A DNA stretch of 49,881 bases, from assembly GCA_021154855.1 (NCBI GenBank), contig JAJKHV010000173.1:1-49881 (forward strand), given 5' to 3'. Both the position numbers and the translations under genes were made by a program. Within the stretch, counting starts at the first letter, position 1. The number at the start of each line of letters is the position of its first letter. The DNA is from Solirubrobacterales bacterium. Lineage in GTDB: Bacteria > Actinomycetota > Thermoleophilia > Solirubrobacterales > 70-9. Below are positions 23,256 through 32,107 of this stretch, piece after piece. Below the pieces are notes generated by a model. It worked only from the letters and a program-made list of their open reading frames with translations. It did not search any database and was not told the DNA's origin.

Positions 23256-24236
23256 GTGCGTCATCCAGGTGTCCGGGGGTTCGGGGGTCATGCGCCGACG
23301 ATTATCGTGACCCCGGTGGCGCCCACACTCTCCTACTGCGTCGTGAACACGAATGGCCGCGAGTACCTGCTCGCCTGCCTCGCCGCAATTGAGCGCACCC
23401 ACCCGGCTGGGATCGAGCGGGAGATCCTCGTCCTCGACAACGCCTCGACCGATGGCTCCGCCGAGGCGGTGCGCGAGCTCGGCGGCGAGATTCGCCTGAT
23501 CGCACTCGAGCGCCGGACCGGCAAGGCGGAGAACGACTCGACCCTGATGCGCGAGGCGACCGGTCGTTACTGCCTGCTGCTCAACGAGGATTCGGAGTTG
23601 CGGCCGGGCGCTGCGGAGGCGCTGGTCGAGGCGCTCGACACCGACCCCAAGGCCGCCGCGGCGACGCCTCAGCTGCTCGATTCCAGCGGCGCTCCCGTGG
23701 CCTGTGCCTGGCGCTTCCCCGGCGTCGGCACCGCCCTGGCGGGCGCGCTCTTCCTGCACCGCTGGCTGACCGTGCAGAGCAAGGGGCCGATCACCCGGCG
23801 GGTCGACTGGGGGCAGTCGAGCGCCCTCCTGGTCCGCCGCCAGGCCGCCGCCGAAGTCGGCTACATGGACCCCGAATTCTTCGTCTACTACGACGAGTGC
23901 GACTTCGCCAAGCGCCTCGCCAAGGTCGGCTGGAACAGCCTCTTCGTCCCGGCGGCTGAGGCGATCCACCACGACCAGCTCTCCACCGACCTGGCCAAGG
24001 GCCTGCCTCGGATCGTCGAATTCCACCGCAATCGAGATCTCTACATGCGCAAGCACCATCGGTGGGCGGCTGGGCTAGCGGTGCGCGTCCTCACCTCCTG
24101 GTCTTACGCGGCGCGGGCGCTCGCAGCGACGGTCCTGCCCCACCAACCGGCGAGCGTCCACTGGGCACACGCTCGTCAAGCGCTTTCCCCAGGACATGGC
24201 GAAAGCCTTCGTGAACGTGCCTCCTCAGAGGCGTGA
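23256..24236 (+). CDS. Family-2 glycosyltransferase (soluble, rhamnosyl/galactofuranosyl-transferase-like)
   Basis: Sequence reads LSYCVVNTNGREYLLACLAAIERT...EILVLDNASTDGSAEAV...YCLLLNEDSEL. The start is uncertain, with an in-frame GTG at 23307. Only 23 bp separate the track start from the divergent GT4 gene. Confidence 0.8.
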   Translation: MRHPGVRGFGGHAPTIIVTPVAPTLSYCVVNTNGREYLLACLAAIERTHPAGIEREILVLDNASTDGSAEAVRELGGEIRLIALERRTGKAENDSTLMREATGRYCLLLNEDSELRPGAAEALVEALDTDPKAAAATPQLLDSSGAPVACAWRFPGVGTALAGALFLHRWLTVQSKGPITRRVDWGQSSALLVRRQAAAEVGYMDPEFFVYYDECDFAKRLAKVGWNSLFVPAAEAIHHDQLSTDLAKGLPRIVEFHRNRDLYMRKHHRWAAGLAVRVLTSWSYAARALAATVLPHQPASVHWAHARQALSPGHGESLRERASSEA

Positions 24237-25766
24237 GTCCTCGTCCATCTGCTCTGCCTCGTAGGTCTCGGAGACACTTCCGTCGACGCCGGCCGCCGCC
24301 GGGCGCAGCGAGCGCAGCTGGGCGGTCAGGACGCCCGGCGTGCGCAGGGTCGCGAGCCAGCGGCGCTCGCCGGACGTGAAGAAGCCAGTTGCGAGCAGGG
24401 CGAGTGGATAGCTGAGCCACAGAGCCGTACGGGCGAGCAGACCGGAGAAGCCCTCGGTAGGTAGAAGAAGCTCCCCCAGGCCGACGATCCCCGCGGTAAC
24501 CGCGACTACGCGGGCTAGGCGCGCCCATTCGTAGGGCACTGGGAAGAGGCGCTGGGTGAAGCCGTACATCAGCACCAGCACAACGAGGTAGGAGGCGACG
24601 AGGGCGATGCCGGCGCCGACGATTCCGAGCGGCGGGACGAGCGCGAGGTTGAGGGCGATGTTGGCGGCGAGGGCGGCGAGGGTCGCTGGGAAGTTGAACT
24701 CGGTGCGGCCCGTTCTGCCGAGGATCACGACGAGGACCATGTATAGGGCGTAGAGAGTGACCGCGGTGGCGATCAGGCCGATCACCTCATAGGAGCCGTA
24801 GAAGTCGGGAGCGGCAAGGGCGCGGACGAGCCAGCGTGAAAGCAGCCACATGCCGGCGACGACGAAGGAGCAGCCGGCGACGAACAGGGTGACGACGCCG
24901 GCGTAGACGCCGCGCGCCTCGTCGTCGTCGCGAATCGAGTAGGCGAGCGGCGGCCAGGCGAGCTGGAAGCCACGGACGAGCACGTTGACGCCCTGGGCGA
25001 ACTTGACGCCGAGCGAGTAGAGGCCCGCCGCTGGTGGGCCAGCCGTGTGGATGATGATGAGTCGATCGACGAAGTTGAGTCCGTAGAGCGAGAGCTCCGC
25101 CGGCATCGTCGGCAGGCCGAAGCGCATCAGCCGGCGCAGCAGGGGCAGTTCGAAGCGCAGCGAGAGACGCTTGCGGTGGACCCAGATCAGGCCGAGGACG
25201 AAGGCAGCGCCGCTGATGTAGCTGCCGAGCAGCAGGCCGCGAGCGCCCTCCCCCGCGCCAACGACGAGGACGACAGTCAGCGCGATCGCCGAGAGCACGC
25301 TGAGCATCGTGGTGACGAAAAAAGCGCGGGCGCGCTCCTCGAGCCGGAAGAGGGTGAGCAGGTACTCGAACATCGTCGAGACCCAGAGGCCGCCGATCGC
25401 GATCCGGCCCAGGTCGGCGGCTGGTTCGGTGAGCAGCAGCTCGGAGATCGGCTCGGCGAAAGGCAGGGCAACCAGCGCTGCCATCGTGGCAAGCCAGAAG
25501 AGCGTCGCAAAGGAGGTCGCGACAACCCGGGCGGGATCCTCACCGTCCTTGTAGTAGAAGCGCAGCAGCGCCTCGATCAGGCCGAGACGGACAACGATGC
25601 TGGCCGTGACGATGCCGGCGAAGATCACCTCGGCCTGGCCGTAGTCGGTGGTTGTCAGGTACCGCGTGTAAAGCGGCAGCAGCGCGACCGCGATCAGCTT
25701 CGAGACGATGCTCGCCGCCGTGTAGGCGGCGCCGGTCGTCGCTAGGCGGCGGAGGTATCCCGACAC
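24225..25766 (-). CDS. wzx: Wzx-type polysaccharide/oligosaccharide flippase (MOP superfamily)
   Basis: It is a 513-aa polytopic membrane protein with about 12-14 hydrophobic segments. The N-terminus GAAYTAASIVSKLIAVALLPLYTRYLTTTDYG is typical of Polysacc_synt proteins. Confidence 0.75.
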   Translation of the reverse strand: MSGYLRRLATTGAAYTAASIVSKLIAVALLPLYTRYLTTTDYGQAEVIFAGIVTASIVVRLGLIEALLRFYYKDGEDPARVVATSFATLFWLATMAALVALPFAEPISELLLTEPAADLGRIAIGGLWVSTMFEYLLTLFRLEERARAFFVTTMLSVLSAIALTVVLVVGAGEGARGLLLGSYISGAAFVLGLIWVHRKRLSLRFELPLLRRLMRFGLPTMPAELSLYGLNFVDRLIIIHTAGPPAAGLYSLGVKFAQGVNVLVRGFQLAWPPLAYSIRDDDEARGVYAGVVTLFVAGCSFVVAGMWLLSRWLVRALAAPDFYGSYEVIGLIATAVTLYALYMVLVVILGRTGRTEFNFPATLAALAANIALNLALVPPLGIVGAGIALVASYLVVLVLMYGFTQRLFPVPYEWARLARVVAVTAGIVGLGELLLPTEGFSGLLARTALWLSYPLALLATGFFTSGERRWLATLRTPGVLTAQLRSLRPAAAGVDGSVSETYEAEQMDEDSRL

Positions 25767-25775
25767 GCGCTGACC

Positions 25776-27338
25776 CTAGCCCGGCCGATCGGCGGCCGCG
25801 AGCGAAGCGCCTGCGGCAAGCAGGAACCAGGTGATTGGGTCCTCGAAGAAGCCGGCGTAAGCCATCGTGTGGACGATCAGGGCTCCGAAGGTTGCAAGAA
25901 CTGCCGCACGGCCGATGGATAGGGCGGCGGGCCCTGTCGCGGAATCCGCTCGGCCGAGCAGCGAGCTTCGGAGCCCACCGGCCATCGTCCACAGGGCTGT
26001 CAGGACGAGAGCTAGGTAGGCGGCTATGCCGAGGATGCCCTGCTCGGCAGCGATCGTTATTGGCTCAGTGTGCGAGACCGAGACCGGGGCTTTGTGCGTC
26101 TCTACGTGCTCGCGATAGGCCTTTGGGAAGCTTCCCGATCCGTAGCCGTAGATCGGCCGCTGCGCGAAGAGGTGGATACCGCCGGAGACGAGGTTTGCCC
26201 GGCCGCTGGTGTCGATGTTGATGCGATCGAGACTGGCCCTCCCGCCGGTGAGGAGGACCACGAGCACACCAAGGACGACGAACGCCCCAACGGCTGCGAG
26301 CGTCCAGCGCAAGCTCCACTTCAGAGCCGCAAGCACCGCCAGCCCTGCGAGAAGCGCAGCAAAGCTCGATTGCGAGAAGGTTGGAAACAGGCCGAGCCAG
26401 AGCACGAAGACAAGCGCCGTGAGCAGCACCAGAGTCTTCCGTTCGCGTGCCCAAAGTAGGGCGCTCATCGCCACGACCGCCACCAGGGCCAAATATCGCC
26501 CGTAGACGTTCGGGTCCCAGAACACCGAGTTGACCCGGAAGTAAGTGTGGAATTCATTCGACCGGATCACCTGGTCGTTCCAGAACAAGCTGCGGCTGAA
26601 GTGCTCGACCGAGCCGACTACGACAAATACAGCCGCCTCGATCGCAACCACCCAGAGGATCGAGGTCAGAAGCTTCTTGTCCCAGCTGACACCTCGCAAC
26701 AACCCGTACACCAGGGAAAACGGCACGAAGAAGAAACACACGTTCTGCAACCCCTTCGAGAAATCGGGCGAGTAAAGCACTTGCAACGCATAGAGCAGAA
26801 CGAATCCGGCGAGGACATACCGCAGCAGCGTGGGGGGGTCGATCTGCGTGCGGCGTCCTGTTTTTCGCACAGCCCCTTCAGCGAGAGACGATCGCCGCCC
26901 GGCGAAAAACCCAGCGCCCAGATCGACCCCCCCGCGCTGCTGCCACTCGCCAAACGCAGCGGAGAGAACCCCCCCAGCGATCACCAGGTAAAGCGGCACC
27001 AGGAGGTTTGCCGTGTCACCCCCTGCGTGCAGGGGCACCCGGAAAGGCAGCGCCGCAACGATCGCCAGCGGCAGCAGGATCGGCCAGCGCCTGAAGACAT
27101 ACGCCAGAACCACCGCCGCCGCGACTCCAAGCAGCGCGAGCGCCGCCAGCCGCGACGTGTGATCACGCAGATCGACAATTTGGTGGGAGTGCCACTGGTC
27201 GCCGAGTATCAGCGCCGGGAAGAGGGCGAGCGCCGCCAACATCGCGCTCGATCGCATCCGACCCGCCGGGAGCAGAATCGTTGCGGCCGAGGCGACGGCG
27301 GCCAGGAGGACCCCTGTCCCTGCCAGGAGGTCGCTCAC
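25776..27338 (-). CDS. Wzy / O-antigen-ligase-like polytopic membrane protein (polymerase or ligase)
   Basis: It is a 520-aa polytopic membrane protein. The large loop RPIYGYGSGSFPKAYREHVETHKAPVSVSHTEPITIAAEQGILG is typical of the Wzy_C/O-antigen ligase domain. Its GTG start overlaps the upstream stop as GTGA. Confidence 0.7.
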   Translation of the reverse strand: MSDLLAGTGVLLAAVASAATILLPAGRMRSSAMLAALALFPALILGDQWHSHQIVDLRDHTSRLAALALLGVAAAVVLAYVFRRWPILLPLAIVAALPFRVPLHAGGDTANLLVPLYLVIAGGVLSAAFGEWQQRGGVDLGAGFFAGRRSSLAEGAVRKTGRRTQIDPPTLLRYVLAGFVLLYALQVLYSPDFSKGLQNVCFFFVPFSLVYGLLRGVSWDKKLLTSILWVVAIEAAVFVVVGSVEHFSRSLFWNDQVIRSNEFHTYFRVNSVFWDPNVYGRYLALVAVVAMSALLWARERKTLVLLTALVFVLWLGLFPTFSQSSFAALLAGLAVLAALKWSLRWTLAAVGAFVVLGVLVVLLTGGRASLDRINIDTSGRANLVSGGIHLFAQRPIYGYGSGSFPKAYREHVETHKAPVSVSHTEPITIAAEQGILGIAAYLALVLTALWTMAGGLRSSLLGRADSATGPAALSIGRAAVLATFGALIVHTMAYAGFFEDPITWFLLAAGASLAAADRPG

Positions 27339-27865
27339 CGCGCACCTTCCTTGCCGGTGAGTGTCAGGCAGAGGTCGCGTGTTTCCAGCGGGTTCCTCTG
27401 CGCACGGTGCAATTTGATCGTCCCCGGTGGCACGAGGGTCCGTCCCTGCCCGAGCAGTTTCACCCGCAGCTTGTAGCGGCCGGGAGGAGCGATGCCGTCG
27501 TTGCGCATATGCCCGTCCCAGTAGAAGGTGTGGAAGTGGTAGCGCTTGAGGTAGGTGTCGCGAGCGAGGGTGACGATCAGCTTGCCGCCCGGCTTCACCA
27601 CCTGGACGGTGCCGCGGTCGGACTGGGTCGTGCGGAAGCGGATTCGCTCGCGGTCGAACCGACAGTCGCGGTTGGGAGTGAAGGCAGCGGCGGTTACGGG
27701 CTTTGCGCCTGGCCGCGGCGGCTGCCAGCGTGAAACGAAGGTGACCCGGTCGAGGACTAGGGGGTCGCGCTTGAGCCGCTGCGACCAGGCGAAAGCGGCG
27801 ACTGTGGCGAAGACCAGGAGGGCGAAGACCAGGGCGGCCCAGGCCTCACCCCGAGGTCTGGGCAT
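27335..27865 (-). CDS. Membrane-anchored protein of unknown function with an Ig-like (FlgD-Ig-like) beta-sandwich signature
   Basis: The N-terminal anchor is AWAALVFALLVFATVAAFAW. The stretch GTVQVVKPGGKLIVTLARDTYLKRYHFHTFYWDGHMRNDGIAPPGRYKLRVKLLG resembles FlgD-Ig-type domains, which is an inference. The gene is translationally coupled to wzy. Confidence 0.55.
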   Translation of the reverse strand: MPRPRGEAWAALVFALLVFATVAAFAWSQRLKRDPLVLDRVTFVSRWQPPRPGAKPVTAAAFTPNRDCRFDRERIRFRTTQSDRGTVQVVKPGGKLIVTLARDTYLKRYHFHTFYWDGHMRNDGIAPPGRYKLRVKLLGQGRTLVPPGTIKLHRAQRNPLETRDLCLTLTGKEGAR

Positions 27866-28616
27866 TGTCCTCGCCGACGATCACCGCGACGGGCGCAGCG
27901 CCGGAGACCGAGGCGATGTCGGCGCTCATCAGCCGCACGTCCGAGATCCCCAGCACGGAGGCGACGCGGCGAGCCTCGGGCGCGTTGCCGCGCCGGAACA
28001 TGACGACGCTGCCGGTGAAGCTCCTTGCGCTGTTGGTCACCGCGCCGAGCTGAAAGCCCTTGCGCTCGACCTTGTCGCCGTAGGTGCCCGCGAGGCCCGT
28101 AACCGCGGTCCCGTTCAAGACCGAGACTTCGATTTCGCTCGGCTTCAGCGTCGCCGCCGACTTGCCCCGACCGTCCTTGCCGTCGGCGTTGTCAGAGCCC
28201 TGAGTGGCGATGTAGATCGCGCCTCCCGCGACGAGCACGACGACGACGAAGATGGCAATCAGGTAGCGCGGCTCGGCAAGGCGCGAGCCGAAGCTGGAGA
28301 AGGCCTCGCGCAGACGCTCACCCCTGGTCAGCTCCGGCAGGCCTGCCTCGCGGCGCCGACGCCGCTCCTCACGCTGGTCGAGCGCGTCGCGCTCAGCCGT
28401 CCGTGACTCCTCGAGCTCGCGCAGCTCTTCAGCGCGCTTCGCCGCGACTACCGAGGTCGACTCCTTGCGCTCGGCGTCGCGCTCGGGCGCCGAGCCGGCC
28501 CACTCGCGCAGGCGACGAATGTCGCGCGCCTGCGAGAAGGCAAGCATGGCAAGCAGGGCAAGGCCGATGAAGGCAGCCAGGCCTGCAAAGGCGCCGATTT
28601 GTTCGAGCAGCTGCAC
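27846..28616 (-). CDS. Two-TM protein with a charged coiled-coil segment and a C-terminal LytR_C domain
   Basis: TM1 is AFAGLAAFIGLALLAMLAF. A Glu/Arg-rich segment of ~100 aa follows. TM2 is YLIAIFVVVVLVAGGAIYIA. The LytR_C-like part reads EIEVSVLNGTAVTGLAGTYGDKVERKGFQLGAVTNSARSFTGSVVMFRRGNAPEARRVASVLG. Confidence 0.7.
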   Translation of the reverse strand: MQLLEQIGAFAGLAAFIGLALLAMLAFSQARDIRRLREWAGSAPERDAERKESTSVVAAKRAEELRELEESRTAERDALDQREERRRRREAGLPELTRGERLREAFSSFGSRLAEPRYLIAIFVVVVLVAGGAIYIATQGSDNADGKDGRGKSAATLKPSEIEVSVLNGTAVTGLAGTYGDKVERKGFQLGAVTNSARSFTGSVVMFRRGNAPEARRVASVLGISDVRLMSADIASVSGAAPVAVIVGEDNAQTSG

Positions 28617-28634
28617 GGAGGGGGCTGCGAGAGG

Positions 28635-30524
28635 CTACTCGTCGTAGAGGACTGCCGCCGCGTCGCCCCCCGGGGCGGTAATCATCTCAACCACGCGCTG
28701 GGCCAAGTTGGCCTCATCGCCGGCAAGGACGAGATGCTCGAGCGAATTCAGCGTCGCCTCGATCCACTCCGGGTCGAGCGGCGTCTCGCGCACGGCGCGG
28801 AGAATCCGTCTGGCCGCCGTCGGCTGCTGGCTCTCGGCCAGCCCGAAGAGCTCCTCGTGCAGCTTCTCCCCCGCCCGCGGTTTGGTGAACTCGATCGCGA
28901 TGTCGGTTTCCGGCTCATAGCCGGCGAGCCGAATCATGTTGTGGGCGAGGTCGACGATCCGCACCGGCTCACCCATGTCGAGCACAAAGACCTCGCCCTT
29001 GCCGGCGCCGATGTCGCCGGCTCGGATCACCATCTGCACCGCCTCGGGGATCGTCATGAAGTAGCGCGTCATCTCAGGATGGGTGACCGTGACCGGACCG
29101 CCGCGCTCGATCTGGTTGCGGAAGATCGGCACGACGCTGCCCGAGGAGGCGAGCACGTTGCCGAAGCGAACGCTGGCGAAACGCGTTCCCGGATGTTTGT
29201 TGCCCGCCGCCTCGACGATCCACTCGGCCATCGCCTTCGACGCGCCCATCACAGTTTTCGGATTGACCGCCTTGTCGGTGGAGATCAGAACAAAGCGCTC
29301 AACCTCGGAGGCGGCGGCGGCCTCGGCAGTGATCCGGGTCGCGATCGCGTTGTTGCGAACCGCCTCCAGCGGATTGGCCTCCATCAATGGCACGTGCTTG
29401 TAGGCAGCGGCATGGAAGACGACGCTGGGCTTGAAGCGCTGCATCACCTCGAGCATCCGGCTCGGCTCCTTGCAATCGGCGAGCACCGCCTCGACGTTGG
29501 TGAAATGGCGCTCCTCGACCATTTCGCGGTCGATCTGGAAGAGGTTGTCCTCGGCGTGGTCGAGCATCACCAGCAGCCGCGGTTTGACCTGGGCGATCTG
29601 GCGGCAGAGCTCGGAGCCGATCGAGCCGCCGGCCCCTGTGACGAGGACTATGCGGTCGCGCAGGTAGGCACCGACCCGATCGAGCTCGCGGACGATCGGG
29701 TCGCGACCGAGGACGTCCTCGACCCGCACCTCACGCAGCTGCTTGTTGAGCTGGACGCCCCCGCGCAGCAGCTCGAACACCGTCGGCAGGGTGCGGACGC
29801 GAATCTCCCGCTCACGACAGGCGGCGACGACCTTGGCCCGCAGCGTGCCCGGCGCTGAGGGGATCGCGATCACGACCTCGTCGGGATGCGTCTCGTCGAG
29901 GATTTTGGCGATCTGGTTGGTCGAGCCGAGCACCTTGAGGCCGCCCGACATACGCATCCCCCGCTTGCGCGGGTCGTCGTCGACGAAGCCGATCGCGGTG
30001 GCGTCGAGGCCGGGATTGAGCTGCAGCTCGCGGACGACCATCTGACCGCCCGAGCCGGCGCCGATCACCAGCACCTCGTGCTTGGGGAGCCGGCCCGAGC
30101 GCGAGGGCCGCTCGACGATCAACCGCACCGCGAGGCGGGCGCCGGCGATCAGCATCAGGGTGAGGATGAAGTCCATCACGGCAACCGAGCGCGGCAGGTT
30201 GTGGGCAAAGGGCCGCAATACCGTGAATGCGACAACAAGGATCGCGCTGGAGGCGGTGACGGCGCGGACGATCAACAGGAAGTCGCGGCCGCTGACGTAG
30301 CGCCACCACTTCTGGTAGAGCCCGAAGGCCGAAAAGACGACCAGCTTGCCGACGACGACAAGGCCGACCGACTGCGCGAAGAGGATCCAGTAGCGGTGCG
30401 GCAGGCCACTCTGGTCGAGGAAACGCAGCCGGAACGCCAGATAGAAGGAAAGCCCGACGAGCATGCCGTCGGCGGCCATCTGGAGGACCCGGTTGCGATA
30501 GACGGGATGGTTCAACCGGTGCAT
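28635..30524 (-). CDS. CapD/WbpM/PglF-like membrane-bound NDP-sugar 4,6-dehydratase/epimerase
   Basis: From ATG 30524 the sequence reads MHRLNHPVYRNRVLQMAADGMLVGLSFYLAF, followed by four TM segments. Rossmann motifs are VLVIGAGSGGQM and VTGAGGSIGSELCRQI. STDKAVNP is also present. The track extension to 31328 overlaps dedA on the other strand and is rejected. Confidence 0.85.
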   Translation of the reverse strand: MHRLNHPVYRNRVLQMAADGMLVGLSFYLAFRLRFLDQSGLPHRYWILFAQSVGLVVVGKLVVFSAFGLYQKWWRYVSGRDFLLIVRAVTASSAILVVAFTVLRPFAHNLPRSVAVMDFILTLMLIAGARLAVRLIVERPSRSGRLPKHEVLVIGAGSGGQMVVRELQLNPGLDATAIGFVDDDPRKRGMRMSGGLKVLGSTNQIAKILDETHPDEVVIAIPSAPGTLRAKVVAACREREIRVRTLPTVFELLRGGVQLNKQLREVRVEDVLGRDPIVRELDRVGAYLRDRIVLVTGAGGSIGSELCRQIAQVKPRLLVMLDHAEDNLFQIDREMVEERHFTNVEAVLADCKEPSRMLEVMQRFKPSVVFHAAAYKHVPLMEANPLEAVRNNAIATRITAEAAAASEVERFVLISTDKAVNPKTVMGASKAMAEWIVEAAGNKHPGTRFASVRFGNVLASSGSVVPIFRNQIERGGPVTVTHPEMTRYFMTIPEAVQMVIRAGDIGAGKGEVFVLDMGEPVRIVDLAHNMIRLAGYEPETDIAIEFTKPRAGEKLHEELFGLAESQQPTAARRILRAVRETPLDPEWIEATLNSLEHLVLAGDEANLAQRVVEMITAPGGDAAAVLYDE

Positions 30525-30611
30525 GGGAGGCTGGGCGAGTTTAGTCGGTGAGCGGTTGAAAGTCGCATCTCGAGGGGCCTTTGAACTCCTATACCCGGCT
30601 CTACCCCTACG

Positions 30612-31298
30612 ATGTGCGCGCCGATGCCGCTCGCCCTGCTCTACGCCGACCTGACCGGCCCGATCGTCGATTTCTGCGTCAACGTGATCAACGACACGGG
30701 GCTGGCCGGTGTCTTCCTGTTGATGGCCGCCGGCAGCGCCTGCATCCCGATCCCGAGCGAGGCCGTGATGCTGTTTGCCGGCTTCAACGTCTCCAGCGGC
30801 GATCAGACGCTGATCGGGGTCGTGCTGGCCGGGCTGGCCGGGAACATGGTCGGCTCCTGGCTGACCTACGCGATCGGCTACTACGGCCGTATCGACCTGT
30901 TGGAGCGCAACAAGCTGATCCACGTCAGCCCGGCACGGCTGGCCTGGGTCGACGGCTGGTTCAAGCGCCACGGCGATGCAACCGTCTTCTTCGCCCGCCT
31001 GCTGCCGCTCGTGCGCGCCTTCATCTCGCTGCCGGCCGGGCTCGCCAAGATGCCGTTCTGGCGCTTCACCTGGCTGACCGCGCTCGGCTCGCTTCCCTGG
31101 GTAGTCGGCTTCGCGCTGATCGGCCGCGCTGTCGGCGACAACTGGGAGCAATGGCGCCACCACCTCCAGGTTCTCGATTATCTGGTGGTCGCCGCGATCA
31201 TCGGCCTTGTCGCCTACGCGATCGTCAAGCGGCGCCGCGGTGGGGGCTCGGGAGACGAGAACGCAGCCGTCGAGCCGGCCGGCTCCAGCGGAGCTTGA
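30612..31298 (+). CDS. dedA: DedA-family (SNARE-associated/VTT domain) membrane protein
   Basis: Sequence reads GVFLLMAAGSACIPIPSEAVMLFAGF...GNMVGSWLTYAIGYYGR...WFKRHGDATVFFARLLPLVRAFISLPAG. Confidence 0.85.
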   Translation: MCAPMPLALLYADLTGPIVDFCVNVINDTGLAGVFLLMAAGSACIPIPSEAVMLFAGFNVSSGDQTLIGVVLAGLAGNMVGSWLTYAIGYYGRIDLLERNKLIHVSPARLAWVDGWFKRHGDATVFFARLLPLVRAFISLPAGLAKMPFWRFTWLTALGSLPWVVGFALIGRAVGDNWEQWRHHLQVLDYLVVAAIIGLVAYAIVKRRRGGGSGDENAAVEPAGSSGA

Positions 31299-32107
31299 GC
31301 CCAGCGGCTGAAGCCGGCATTGCGGCAAAGCGGGCGATCGTGCTCGGCATGGTGCAAGGGCCGGCGGAGCTGCTGCCCGTATCGAGTTCCGCCCATATCG
31401 TCCTCGTTCCCTGGCTGGCCGGCTGGGACTGGGAGGCGATCGACCCTGAGGTCCGCAAGAGCTTCGAGGTCGCCCTGCACGCCGGCGCGGCGGCGGCGCT
31501 GGTCGTCGGCCAACGCAAGCTGATCATCGAAGAGCTGCAGGCCTTCGATGCCCGCGGCGGGGTCGTGCTGGCCCTTTCCTTCCTGCCGGCCGCGATCGTC
31601 GGGTACAAGTTCGAGCGGGCAATCGAGCGGCGCCTAGGTGGCCCGCGAGCGACCGCCTACGGCCTGCTCGCCGGCGCGGCCGCGATGCTCGCTGGCGATA
31701 CCCGGCCCCAGCTGCGCGGCCGCGGCGAGGCGCGGGCCGTGGATGGGCTGGCGCTCGGGGTCGCGCAGGCGGCAGCGCTCGCTCCGGGTGTCTCGCGCAA
31801 CGGAATCACCCTTGCGGCGGCGCGCTGGCGGCGCTTCTCCCGCGACCAGGCAAACCTGCTCTCGCGCACGATCGCACTGCCGATCATCGTCGGGGCGACC
31901 GCGCTGAAGGGCGTACGTCTCGGCCGACGCGGCGCTTCCTCGGAGCTGCGCCGTTCGATGGCGATCGGCGTAGGGGCGTCGTTCTTCTCCACTCTTGCCT
32001 CGCAACGTCTGATCGGTCTGGTCGAGCGCGATCGGGCTCTCTGGCCCTACGCGGCATACCGCGTCGCCCTTGCGGCCGTGGTGATTGCGAAACTGCAGGG
32101 ACGATGA
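31295..32107 (+). CDS. uppP: Undecaprenyl-diphosphate phosphatase (BacA/UppP)
   Basis: Sequence reads AIVLGMVQGPAELLPVSSSAHIVLVPWLAGW...ALHAGAAAALVV...GVSRNGITLAAA. The start is uncertain. I chose TTG 31295, which overlaps the dedA stop as TTGA. Alternatives are GTG 31340 and ATG 31349. The track ORF upstream part (30581-31294) is an out-of-frame shadow of dedA. Confidence 0.8.
   Translation: MSPAAEAGIAAKRAIVLGMVQGPAELLPVSSSAHIVLVPWLAGWDWEAIDPEVRKSFEVALHAGAAAALVVGQRKLIIEELQAFDARGGVVLALSFLPAAIVGYKFERAIERRLGGPRATAYGLLAGAAAMLAGDTRPQLRGRGEARAVDGLALGVAQAAALAPGVSRNGITLAAARWRRFSRDQANLLSRTIALPIIVGATALKGVRLGRRGASSELRRSMAIGVGASFFSTLASQRLIGLVERDRALWPYAAYRVALAAVVIAKLQGR

Noticed and set aside
28599-29858. 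419-aa plus-strand ORF opposite the CapD-like gene. Other antisense ORFs include 36284..37663, 38347..39276, 39536..40591, 40543..41859, 46351..47310 and 47380..48642. 47783..49132 is a same-strand, out-of-frame (alternative-frame) ORF within gyrA.
   Set aside because: All are shadow ORFs of strongly supported genes (capD-like, pknB, pbpA, rodA, pstP, gyrA). Their translations are Arg/Gly/Asp/His-rich and lack motifs.
30581-31294. N-terminal ~238-aa extension of the uppP ORF
   Set aside because: It is an out-of-frame overlap of dedA on the same strand and is Arg/Pro-rich. UppP homology begins only around 31330.
30525-31328. N-terminal 268-aa extension of the CapD-like ORF
   Set aside because: The extension overlaps the well-supported dedA gene on the opposite strand and is low-complexity. 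The recognisable CapD/WbpM membrane domain starts at ATG 30524.
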